A DNA stretch of 64,000 nt from Raillietiella orientalis (taxonomy: Eukaryota). Below, piece by piece: positions 38,617-50,057 of the stretch. How positions within the stretch are numbered: position 1 is the stretch's first letter; every line of letters starts with the position of its first letter. The notes under the pieces were generated by a model that saw only the letters and a program-made list of their open reading frames with translations, made no database searches and was not told where the DNA came from. The position numbers and the translations under genes are program-made. The stretch is from assembly GCA_036172245.1 (NCBI GenBank), contig JAYWIR010000010.1:1488001-1552000 (forward strand). Direction: 5' to 3'.

Positions 38617-41551
38617 GGGCGATCTCCCGAGCAAAAGAGGAGTTTCACAATATCCTAACCTCAGCGTACAGAATCACGCAGTTGATATCACGTGGTGTCC
38701 ACGACAGCAGAAATTCTTCGGCCTCATGAAAGGCTTTCCATTCAAAGACCAAGTCGTAAAGGCACTCGTTTATAAATTAAATAGACTGAAGATTTTGATG
38801 TCTCTAGGGAACGGTTTCTGCCGTGGGCGAGAAGCGAAAAGCACTTCGAATCCTAGGAAAAGTCGGAGACAGCCTGAAGCTGGCCGCGTAAGTATCTCAG
38901 ACCCGCATGTTTCTGCTGCAGAGCGCTTCTTGCACTGCCGCCTGGCCACATGCTCTTCGGTCTTAAGAAGGTTTGGGGTCCACTACTGCGAGTCGGCTGT
39001 CGCCGATCCGGACGTGCCAATCGAACAGTGGGACGACCTTACTTAGTTCCTCAGATCCTCAGAGAGCTGCAGCTCATCTGAGGACAAGAGGAAGCGAAGG
39101 ATTCCGGCGCAGGGCGAATGAGAGTGAAGCTGCAAGGAGATTGCAGCGTGAAGAGTTTTTTTTTTTTCTTCCTTCCTTCCTCATGGTCGGCTCTGACAGA
39201 AAAGCTGCGAGGCAGAACCTGCAGGAGATAGAGTCCAGAACCTGATCGAGCCGGTGGGCACCGGATGGTGGTGAATTTGGATTCCGGCTGAATTCCGGTT
39301 GCGCGCTACCCCGAGAGAACGTTCTCTCCTCTTCGTGTGGTTGTTTCTCTGCCACAGTAGGAAGGATGGCTTTGCGCTTCCAACTAACTTTAAGTGGATT
39401 TTTCGGCCCGCATGAAATGTTGCGTTTTGTGTCGCGTGTGTTCCATCGGGCAGCGACCATCGTGATTGCCTCGCTTTTGTGAAAGAGTAGGGATTGCAGG
39501 GCCAAACCTATCTTATTCTGAAAATCAGACGATTCATTCCAATTAACTGAATATGCTGAAAAGTCACTCTCTCTCCCTCTATTGGTCAGCGAACTCTCAC
39601 ACATCGTCACATACTGATCTCTCGACGTTTCCCCATTGGACAGGAACACTATGAAACAGCATATTCATAGAATAAATTTAAAGTGCCTCAAGAGGGGAAA
39701 TTTCGTCAGTCCGCATGATTTTCTCCTTGATAACCAACGACTGTGTCCACATTCAACGCGGCACATGATTAAACGAGTTCCCCCCCCCCTTTTTTTTTCG
39801 TCCCATTTGGAATGAGCAGCAAATTAAAGGCAGGAGGAGAACGAGGGGTGCTCATGATTCTTCGACTCTTCCCTCGTTCAGATGAGCTAAGATGGCTGCT
39901 GTGGCACAATCCGACGTCGTCAAGCGGCATGCGTAAAACGAATGCGGAAATACGTGTGAGCGATGAGCAAAGGATTCTGGAAACGGCTCGAACGAAATCC
40001 ATTTAGTAACGTTACATTCCGAATGGGATTGCTGCTGTCCCATTAGAACTCCACATGCCAATCATGCAATTACGTACCGGTACTAAGTGCTCTGAATTCA
40101 GACGCCAAATTATAACATCTGCCGTTGCTACTAGCAAAATAATCCGATGCCTCCAGAAAGCACGGTGGGAGACCAGGAGGCACGCCACCATCCGAAAGTG
40201 AAACAAATGCAGATTCGGGGCTCGATTTTCCTTCTAATTGCAAAAATTCTACCGTTTCGGTGCAGATGGCATTGCATAAGGGGCTGCTACACGTTATCCG
40301 GGGGTCATGCAATTGCTTCTGAGAGACCAGTGGGCTTTGCAGCTCTCGTATCTGCGGTAAGTGTTTGTTACTACGACTTTAAATGGCTGTCTTTTGCTAT
40401 GATAAGAAGAATCCGAGTCCAGGAGCACGAGCGCAGGCAATTTCGGCAGAAGATCCCCCTGGAAAAACAAAAAAAAACAAAAACGATAAATGAAAGCACA
40501 CAAAGTGTGAACTCCTCTTCCTGCTAGGATTTTCAGAGTTTATGAGTCGACGTATCCCGTCGACCGACGAGATGCAATTTAGCGGAGACTTTCGACGAAT
40601 CAGAATCCCCCCTGGTGAAACAAAAGTATAAACATCATCGTTTCTGCTAACAGTTGATGGCTCGAAAATCGTTCCTCTTAGTGGAAACCTTCGTACCGTC
40701 GGATAACCCGATGTTCGATAGCCCCTCCTTCCTAGCGGAACTTTTGTGACCGGCAAATGTAACGTACACTGACCGAGTTCCTGTCAGCAAACTGAGGGCC
40801 AAACTCTTCTTTGTCGTGCCTAACATCGAAGGTCCGATTGAATGACAACTCCGCTGCCATGCTGTTGCTTCTTTTCGCATTTCTGCATACATTTCCAGCA
40901 GCTCCTCTCACGTGGATAGAAGGCAAAGGTGAGTGCCATTCGGGCTGTTAGACCGGGGGATGATTTCGATCTCGGAAAGCTGCCATTATTTTTTTTTTCA
41001 ACCCAGACGAAGCAGCTGACCCCCACGGGATTGTTCGAGAAAACTTTCGGCAAGGGGATGCTCCTTAAGAACGTCCTTTGCGTGTTGCGTTCGAGCTCTG
41101 AGCGATCGCAATCCTGCAGCGTTTCATAATGCTGATAACACATAATGCACATTAATTCGAGGAAACCAGCCGGGATCACGTGCCTCCTTGCTCCCTCCTA
41201 TTATGCATGTTACGTTACGTTCTTTTTTTCGCGCTTGCTCCCATGAATACGCCGTCGGTCTGCTCCTTTGAAGAGCTGTGCGTCCCTGCACTCGTTTGAT
41301 CCCGCGCACTTTTCCCGTCCCTTCCTCCGATTTGGATGGAAATGCGAGTCGAGCACTGACCAGCATTCCCAATAGGCACCCGGGTATTTTCTGCTATTCG
41401 TTTCCTCGGTGCCTCTTGTGCACTAAAAAGCGTCAGCGGGATTCATCAGCCTTTGAGAGCTGATTTACAGGGGAAAAAAAAAAAAAAAAACGCCAGTGAG
41501 CAGACGTAATTTGTTTGAAGCGGTACAGAGTGGAAACAAGATTAAAGAATT

Positions 41552-41589
41552 TATCACATCAAGTCATTTTGCAATGACTTGATGTGATA
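41552..41589. repeat. Perfect hairpin, 17-bp stem with 4-nt loop, next to a (TA)n run
   Basis: TATCACATCAAGTCATT-TTGC-AATGACTTGATGTGATA. Confidence 0.9.
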
Positions 41590-41936
41590 TATATATATGT
41601 ATATATATATAGGAAGCTGAAAGCATGCGTTTGCACGGAACACAAGTAATTGCAGTTTCATCGCAAAAGTCTCCCATGTGACGCAAAAGACATGGTGCGA
41701 TAAAGGGCTGTTTCCCTTGAGGGGCCCCAATACTCACAGGCATTTTCTCTGCAAAATCGAGCGCTCCTTCCTACCGTTTCGCCTGAGCTCCACGCACTCA
41801 TTTGACATCTGCCGTTTTGCCGGTCTCGAGAATGCTCACCCATGCAACGTGGTGGTGGGCCTGTAGGGAGATTTCCGGTGCGCTCACGGGTCTTCTGTAT
41901 CGCCTTTCTCACAGTGGATGTGATGTGTGATTGCAG

Positions 41937-43081
41937 GTATCGGGAATCTCCCATTGCGGAGGTTGAACGACAGAAGGAGGTACTGGGACAAGACGAGGCA
42001 TCCAATGTCCACTTCGCAGTCTTTCAGGATAACGAACGAATTCCTTCGCTTGCGGAATGTGCATCAAAATTCTAGTGCGAGCGAATTCTGGCGTACCAGG
42101 AATGCCAGCCTACTGAGTCCTACTACGTCGATGAAAAACACCGAAAGTGGCCCCGTCCTGTACGAATTTTCGACCACGAGGTTTCCTTCCGATTACGCAC
42201 CCCACAAACATCAAAACTCGGATAAAATGACAAATGCCGTCATCAATAAAATCATCGTGAACAACCAAGTTGTCTCTCCCAAAATTCCAAATAAAGAAGA
42301 GGCTGAATTCGTCGTGCTTGAAGACAGCTCTTTCCCTGATCTTCTTCATAAACATCCATCCGCAGATGAATCTCCCTGGATTTTCAGCACGTCGGAAACG
42401 ATCCACGAAGACGAACTTGAAGCCAACATCCCTTGGAGCGGTGTCTATGTCGACGAGTCGATTACGGAAGAACCTCATCTCGAGAACGAGTTTGTGAACA
42501 TAGCTAACGTTCCGACGCTCATTTCCGGCTCTCTTGAGGAATTCGTGAACAGCAGTGCATCTGAGGCGGTTACGACAACCGACCTACCAAGTACCGAGCC
42601 TCCACAATTCGACGTTCCGGAGCCACAGTTTGATGCTGCAGCCGCACAGATGAGCATCCCAACTGCACAGTTCGATGTTCCGGCTGCACAGCTCGATGTT
42701 CCAGCTGCGCAGCTCGATGTCCCAGTGAACACGCCCGCTGTCAATAGTAACTGGGGTTCCACTTTCTTTGGGACTAGTGATATGAATTTTCCCACCAATA
42801 TCGCCAAGCCAACCTCGTTTCTGACGCCGTTAGAAGAGCTGGCCATCAACTTCCCAATACTGAGTCTGATTCTCGACAGCTCGATCATCTTGACTGAGAT
42901 GGCGTTCATGGGCCTGCTCCTCCTGATGCCTATAGTGTTGCCCGCTTATGTGGTCGGGATCACCGGGAGAAGGAGAAGATCTGTGAACCAGGACTTCGAC
43001 CCTATCATCGAAATACTGGCATCAGTCAAGGAATACGAAGAGAGGTTCTCCAGCAAAACACACGGGAAGCCGGTCCTTTAG
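41937..43081 (+). CDS. Uncharacterised protein: acidic Ser/Thr/Pro-rich region, heptad repeats, C-terminal hydrophobic segment followed by RRRRS
   Basis: About 380 open codons in moderately AT-rich DNA; acceptor gtgattgcag| at 41936; possible first exon 41832-41877 (ATG..TCC G|GTGCGC, phase-compatible). The protein ends LAINFPILSLILDSSIILTEMAFMGLLLLMPIVLPAYVVGITG-RRRRS-..FDPIIEILASVKEYEERF. Confidence 0.8.
42605..42724 (+). repeat. In-frame 21-nt tandem repeat (about 6 units) encoding Q(F/L)DVPAA-like heptads
   Basis: Units: caattcgacgttccggagcca / cagtttgatgctgcagccgca / cagatgagcatcccaactgca / cagttcgatgttccggctgca / cagctcgatgttccagctgcg / cagctcgatgtccca. Confidence 0.85.
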
Positions 43082-44899
43082 ATTGTGAACACAAGCTAAT
43101 CTATTTAAAAAACAAAAAAATGACGGTGGATCTCATCGTTCTAGTTTCTAGAGTGCTTCCGGCAGCTGAAGCTCCCCAAAAGAATGATCTCGCAATTGTC
43201 AAGGAAATGGTAACAGCCAAAAATTCTACTTTGGAAACGAGTTCAAGAACAGGATTTTTTCGAACAGCTTGGCTTTTTCGATTTCCGCAATTCCCTGGCT
43301 TTCCGTGTTCGCAAAAGTTTTGCTTCTCGGCTGGTGCTTAGAAATGCATGAAGTGCAAGGACCGAAACAGCAGCACCGAATCCGAGGTGCGGACCGCCGA
43401 AAGCAAGGAACTCTGATGATCGGCGGCAAGCAGCCAACCGTAAAAGTGAAACGATCAGTGATAAGTGAACACGCGGTGGTGTTGGCATCTAATGTCTCCG
43501 AACTGAAGGACTTCCCATGATGATTTCACACTCCGCTGCAGATCGCGGTGTGCGGAATCCGCAGGACCAGCAAAGTCGCGTTCCCTTCGGAAGGATGCAA
43601 GCGCCGGAGAGACCGCGTTACCCATGCCAACCTCCCTGCACCCGCTAGGACTGCTTCCCCAGAGACGTGGACGGTTTCCGAATATCCGTTTTGATGAATT
43701 GCGCTTTAATGAGTAATAAACGTTTTTTTTTTTCCTTCTTTTTTCTCTTCTCCCCATGTGGCTGCAATTCCTTATGGGTTGCTTATAAGGAAAAGCTCCT
43801 CAGGTGTTTTCCTTTTCCCCCAAATTAAAGTGCCGTCATCCGTGTGATGGCGTGTGCAAAAGTGTCCTCTCCTTTCTTTTATTTTTTAAAATAAGCATCT
43901 ATGCTTCAAACCAAACAGGAACTCGGGACTTCGCGGGCGCCGCTTCTCTCTGCAAAGAGGAATCGACGCGCTTGGTTGCAGCATCTCTGCTCAGGATGCT
44001 CAAACAATCAAATGGAATTTTCCAGAGACCTAGCAAGCAGACCTTGAAAAAGCAAAATGAGGATGGATAACCTTTAAAGTGGTGCTTGCCCTGGTGGAAA
44101 TATGAACTATTTTTGTGGACAAAAAACACTTGGGCTACGAGCATTTAGTGCATCGACTATAATGACCTGCCTAATGTCTCCACGCTTCGCAGATGCATTC
44201 ATGTTCCTTCCAGCAGCTCCTGATCCCATCAGGCTCGGCTAGAGGACGATGCACGACCTGATAAAAATGAGAACGCGAACGCAGGTCAGGCGTACTTCAT
44301 ATCAGAAAGATTCCAGAATAACGCGAAAAAGGCAAAAAGAAAAAGTAAGGTTACATGGACCTCTGTCGAAGGGAGGCACCGCTGCAGACTGTGTGTCTCG
44401 AGTCAGCTTCCCTTACCGCTGAAGGAGTGCACCTGGTTTCCTTCCTAAACACAAGGCCATCTGCACGAAGGGCAAGATCAAAGAAAGACGCAGGCTGGAA
44501 GATATTTCCCGCACTTCTGAGGAGACACACGATGCTCCCGAAGTGGGCACCAGCGATTACTAAGCCAGAAAGAAGAAGCTGTTAAGCAGAGAATTTGGAT
44601 ACGAGGGAGCCTTTTTTTTTTTATTGCCATGGCTACCCCCGTGTGTGATGGCATACGGAATCAATGCGAGCCTCAAGTTAATTAGTTAGTGATCCTAAGT
44701 TAGTGTGTGAATAAAAAGCATGGTAGCAGCAAACTCTGCAACTTATTACTGAGATGATAATAGATTGTGCATCTTATTCGTCTTCATCCGATCAAAAATG
44801 GCTGGTGAAAATCAAGCCTATTATGTTTTTTATAATGATTGGCTCGAATTCATGGCACCAAATACGACGACAGTGGCTAAAAGCCTTACAACATTTCTT

Positions 44900-47600
44900 C
44901 TTGTGCACCTCTCTAGAGCCGGAACGTCTCGAGAAGAATAAAGCATTGTGGTCCAAAACCCGTACATGGATTATTTTTTTTTTTCCATGTGAAAAGGATG
45001 AACACTCGTGACACTGATATGCAGATCGCATATCAGATGCAAGAGATGAATCCCGTCTTTGGCTTTTACGACTGGATGCACTTCCGCCCATGCGTTGGTT
45101 TAACCCGAAAAACCAACGGATTACCGGAAGAACCAAACAAACGGCGGTAACTCGATTTGAGATCACCCGTTTTTTTACCTACCATTAAGAACCTGTAGTC
45201 TCTCGAAGGCCGGGTTGGTCAAGACAGTTACGACAAGAAGGAACCAGAGCTTGCTCAAGGGACGAGAGAAACACCAAGCCCTTTGTTCGATTCCGAATGC
45301 GGAAGACACCAAGGTTTTCCCGAAGTGTTTCCGCGGGGATTTGTTTCTGAACCGCCTTTTTCACCCGCGAGTCTCTCCGCACTCGTTTATCGGGAACTCC
45401 CGAACTGCACGTCTCAATTCTTCCCTCAAGGCATCTTCCGATGATTCTTCTGTGAGTGAACCTGAAAGAGGATCAGGTGCTGTCGAGAGCTCATGGGATC
45501 TACCGGAGCATTCGGGAAAGCAAAACCTGCTGGAGACGCTTTAGGCGCTCTTTGGAAGGCCATTCCGATTGTAAAATCTGGCTGCGAGCAAGAAATTTCT
45601 TGTCATGTCATCTCTGTTTGCTCCAGGCAGCAGCAACAGCCTCATTTCATAGTTTCCTCACCTCCGAAAAAGGATGTTTGCACAGAGACGATGCCCCCAA
45701 AACTCACTTACCTACGCTTTGGATTGAACTCGCCCACCATACAGATCATCCGAGAAACCGGAAAGTCAGGAATGCCCATCTTTTCAAAAATTCCTTTATC
45801 CTTTGCAGGGCGTTCTCGCGATTCACTTTGTGGGGTCTCGGAAATCAGCCACGGATCCCCCCCTTGCAGAAGAGGGTTCCCATATGGGAGCCAGTTGAGG
45901 GAACTCAGTTCACTCCTCAGTTCATTGCACCGATGCCTCAGGCGCTTTGGATAGCTCTCTCCAGAATGAAAGGAAAAGAATCGATTTCTGCTTCTTCTTT
46001 CCGGAAGATCTCTCCTTATCTTCTGCATAACGATCGCAAAAAGCTCTGAGGTTGGAAAGGACGAGTCTGAGTGGGATTCCTCATCAAAAGACATCCATTC
46101 TTCATCTTATTGCTGAAGAATGGACGCCTCGAGGTTTCCAGATAAGCTGGAAAACCGTTCCATTAAACTTTCGTGGTTCAGTGACATCTGAAGAAGATCG
46201 GAACATCCAGCAATCACCCCGCCTGCTTTCACCCCGACAACCACGTTCGGCGAATTTCTCAGATTGGCAACCACGAATTTTTTCCTCTCACGACAGGATT
46301 CGTTGGATGGTCATCGCGTTTCTGCACAAACCAAAGCTTTCCAGGCATCTTCGGATTAGCAGTCGACAAAAACTTTTTTTTCACACGCAGCATCTTCAGC
46401 CGTGACATCCTTAGGATGGGTGCCACTATAAAATTTGATAAATGTGGAATTGCTTGCTGCTCGTAATTGTAAGGCGAACGCGCTGTTTTCTCCTTGAGCT
46501 GCAACACTGTTTCCTCTCCCTCTCCTCCTGTTCTTCGCTTCCCTCACCGGCAGCCGGTGGAGCTGGAAGAGTGTTTTCTTGGCGGCTGGCTTTAACCTCA
46601 AGCTCTCTGCCACTTGGAATCCGGGGGAAAGGAACGTTCCTGAGCTGGCCACCTTGCACTAAGTGCCCTTCCTAGAAAGTTTACGCGCTCCTCTGGTGTC
46701 CTCCAGAGGACTTTGCGTTTTGGCGCTCCAGGGAAACCTGCAGACCCCACCCTATCGATCAAACACTGTCACCTCAGGCACTGGCGCCACATGAGGGTTT
46801 CTTTCATCTAGTGGGATTCGTTTCACCCAAAACTTCCCTGTCCCGTGAAGAAAGAGAAAGGCAGGAAGAGGTGGAGATCTTCCTCTGGAAGGCAGCGGCG
46901 TGCTCGCTCACTCTTTGTATCTCGACCTTCCATCGAGTGTCCAGGAGATTCTCTCCCAGTGGGGATAAGAACAGGAGCGATTGCCATGAGACGGCTTTGA
47001 AGCAGGCATCTGGAAGCTGGGCGAAGTCTCGAATCCACAAAGCAATCTCCAATCTCAAAAAAAAAATGGCTCCTGCATCGACCATGAGAGGAGGAGTCTC
47101 CACAGGCGACAGTTCAGTTGTTTGTGTAGCGATGAGATATGCTCTGGGAACTGATTCTCCAGATGTCTTAAGTCTGCACTGTTGCTGGAGATGCGGATTC
47201 TGCGAGTTCCTTCGCCGGAAGGACCCAAGAGCTGGAGGATCCTCCAAGAGACACTACAGGCTTGTTGAGAAAACAGGATGCCTTTCAGAAGATTCTGGAA
47301 TCTGATCTCGGTCTCATGGATGAGATCCAAGAGGGGCAATGACTGTCCCAGTTTGGTGCATTGCTACTTTTCCGATCTTGAACACAGTTTCGTCTGTATC
47401 TTCATCTTCCTCGGTGTAACTCAGCAAGAGAAAAACAGCTAAAATGTTGAGGGAATATCCGAGTTTTATGAGTGACGTTGGACCTGATCCATCCATGCCT
47501 ACCACGAATCCTATTCTTAGACCAGGGAGAAGGTAAGAAGAAAAGAGGATAACATAGGAGAACGCCTAGGATTCCTCGATGGTAACACCTTCTGCTGCAC
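44900..47600 (-). mobile_element. Possible highly decayed L1/Tx1-like ORF2 relic (APE endonuclease then RT)
   Basis: Frameshifted motif remnants in the expected order on the minus strand: DIWR (~47165), LSWS, RLEIAL, RWKVE (~46930, cf. WKLN), LQGGDPWL (~45860, cf. QGDP), ENLGV (~45310, cf. YLG). No intact ORF. Confidence 0.3.
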
Positions 47601-50017
47601 TTTGTACCTTCTCAAGAATTCTTGGGAATGTTTTTTTGTGTGTGTGTGCTTCCTCTTTTCCCGATGACCATGAGTGCCGGAAAACCATGTCATTGCCCTC
47701 CTGAGTAAAGAGCATTCCGAAAAAGGGAGAGACAACACCGTGCATTCAGCCAGTTCTTACTCGTTGGAGAACTGTGCCTTCAGACAAGTGGCTCACCTAA
47801 ACCGACCACCCCATACGGTCTACTCCCACAAGGGGAGGAGGATAGATCGTGTAGAAGATGCATGATGATGATGATGATGGAACACTCTGAATCCTTGTCG
47901 GTCTCGCTGTCGGAAGGGACCGTGATGCGGTGAGCCAAGCTGAAGAGGCGGCGCAGCAACAGCAGGGACTCGTGGTCGATCCCATTCGATTGGCTTAAGA
48001 CTTTCTTTAGACCTGGTACTTCGGAAGTGGCATGGGACATCGTCATCGACGTTTTCTGTCCCTTCAAAAGATCAGCAATGGCGTTCAAGGATGCCTGACA
48101 AACGAAGGAGGGCGCACATCGCCTTTCCGTTTCCCTTGAGGGGAGCACCGACCTCATCCCGAGCGTCAGTGGGAGGCTATCCGAAACCTTGGAGTTCGGG
48201 GAACGGTGACATCGTACGGGATGCATGATGGTGCGTTCCAATGTAAGGCGCAGCCGAGACACCTACCGGACGCACCAGCTGCGTCATCCGCCGAAATGCA
48301 GCGGTTGGAATGGCAGTTCCATCTGCAGCAAGCACTTCCCTCTCCTGCCTCCTCTCCTAAGGAGCAGGACTACAAGCCCCTGTTCTCCAGGGGCGAAGAA
48401 GTGGATTGGGAAACAGGCGGATAATGCTCCAATGCGCATCCCTGAACTTTCGATGAGACCTCATCTCCAAACACACCCATCTCCCCTGGAGTAGGGTCAT
48501 CTTACTTTTTGAAAGGACATCAGCTGACCTGTATGCGATGCGATTCTCAGAGATCATGATCGATGGGGTGAGAATCCGCATCTTTTCCACCGCGCACCTG
48601 GACTTCTGGCCAAAGCGAGCCGGTGCAATCTCAGGAGTCACGCTTTGCAGCTCAAAGGCTATTCGTGAAAAGAAGAAATTCACAATTTCTATCGACACCA
48701 TGTGACTAAGATCTGTATAATTTGCATTTATTGATTTTTTTTACTGAAAATGGATAGAATCCACTTTTGCAGAACGAAAGGATAAGAGACAGTTTTGAAG
48801 TCAAGGGGATTCCCTCACTTCCTCTTTCCATGGTGAAACAAAAATCTTTGTTCTCGATCTATGGAGATCTGTGAAGTGTGCTAAAGCTATGCTGCCATGG
48901 CCTCATTGGGACTTTGTGCTGCTTCTTAGATTGCCAGCTAGAGAGCTATTCAAGTCGAACATTCCAGGAAGCTGCTGAGCACTGATTGATGCCTGCCTTG
49001 CATCTTCCTCCAGTTGGACAGAAAGCCCACTGACGGACAAATTCGGAAGAATTTCTTCTTGTTCGGTCGTTTTTGTGCTCTCAAATTTCCATGACGTTCC
49101 ATCCCGGTCACCATCACTATTCCACTAACGATTTTCCCTGAATGACAGCCCACTTCCTTGGGTCCAGGCTGCTTCTTCAATTCTGGTCAAACGGAGTTCA
49201 AGGATGTCGATGGCTGCTATGTTTAGGGGCACTGCCGCCTCAGCTCCATTCACCGAAAGCTGGAGGGCTCTCAAAAGGCTTCTGGCACAGCCACAAACCC
49301 GAAGTTGGCAGTCCCTTCGTCAAAGTTTTTGACGCTCTCAGGGCATGCCTCATGTTTTTCGGGTGGACTCAACCGTCGCTCAGTGGAGGGACAGACCCCC
49401 TGTCTGGACCCTGACAGAACTCGTCCTCACATCGCAGATAAGTTTCCGGGCTAGACGCCCTTCCAAAGAGAGAGTGCTTGGCTTGGTACCTCGATTCAGA
49501 GTGTCACCACAGCAGCACTCGTTCCCACGGCTGCTATCGCAATTCATCTTGAGGTAGCAACAGCTGCGTGTCGACTGATCTTATCTGTTTGGTCTCGAGA
49601 CCTCGTGACAAAATTTTAACAAAGCAATCTTTATGCGGCATAGCACTCCATGCAGACGTGAATCACAAACTGTTCCCCAAATGAGCTCCTTCCTCCAGAG
49701 ATCTGTAGGGTGAGCTAAGGGCCTCTTTGCTCCATTACTGCTCTCCGATGAGCATTCGTCATCGTTTCATAAGGTGACCTCTCCTGCCTGGTCTTTGACG
49801 AGCCAGGCACACTTGACTTCATTCGTTTTTCTTCAACGCCTGCTAATGTCTGCCCGTGACAGCGGTGAGATGACTTCCCATTCTGCTGCTACCAGGGGCT
49901 TCCATACAATTCCTTGAGCGGCTGCGGTCCAGGCGCATTCGGGACAATTCCCACGATCGTCACGAGCCGGAAGAGGTGACCCGATACGACTGAAAGATCA
50001 CCCGGAGTCATCAGTCA

Positions 50018-50057
50018 TTCAGCGTATCCCAAGGCTCATGCCTTGGGATACGCTGAA
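50018..50057. repeat. Perfect hairpin, 18-bp stem with 4-nt loop
   Basis: TTCAGCGTATCCCAAGGC-TCAT-GCCTTGGGATACGCTGAA. Confidence 0.9.
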
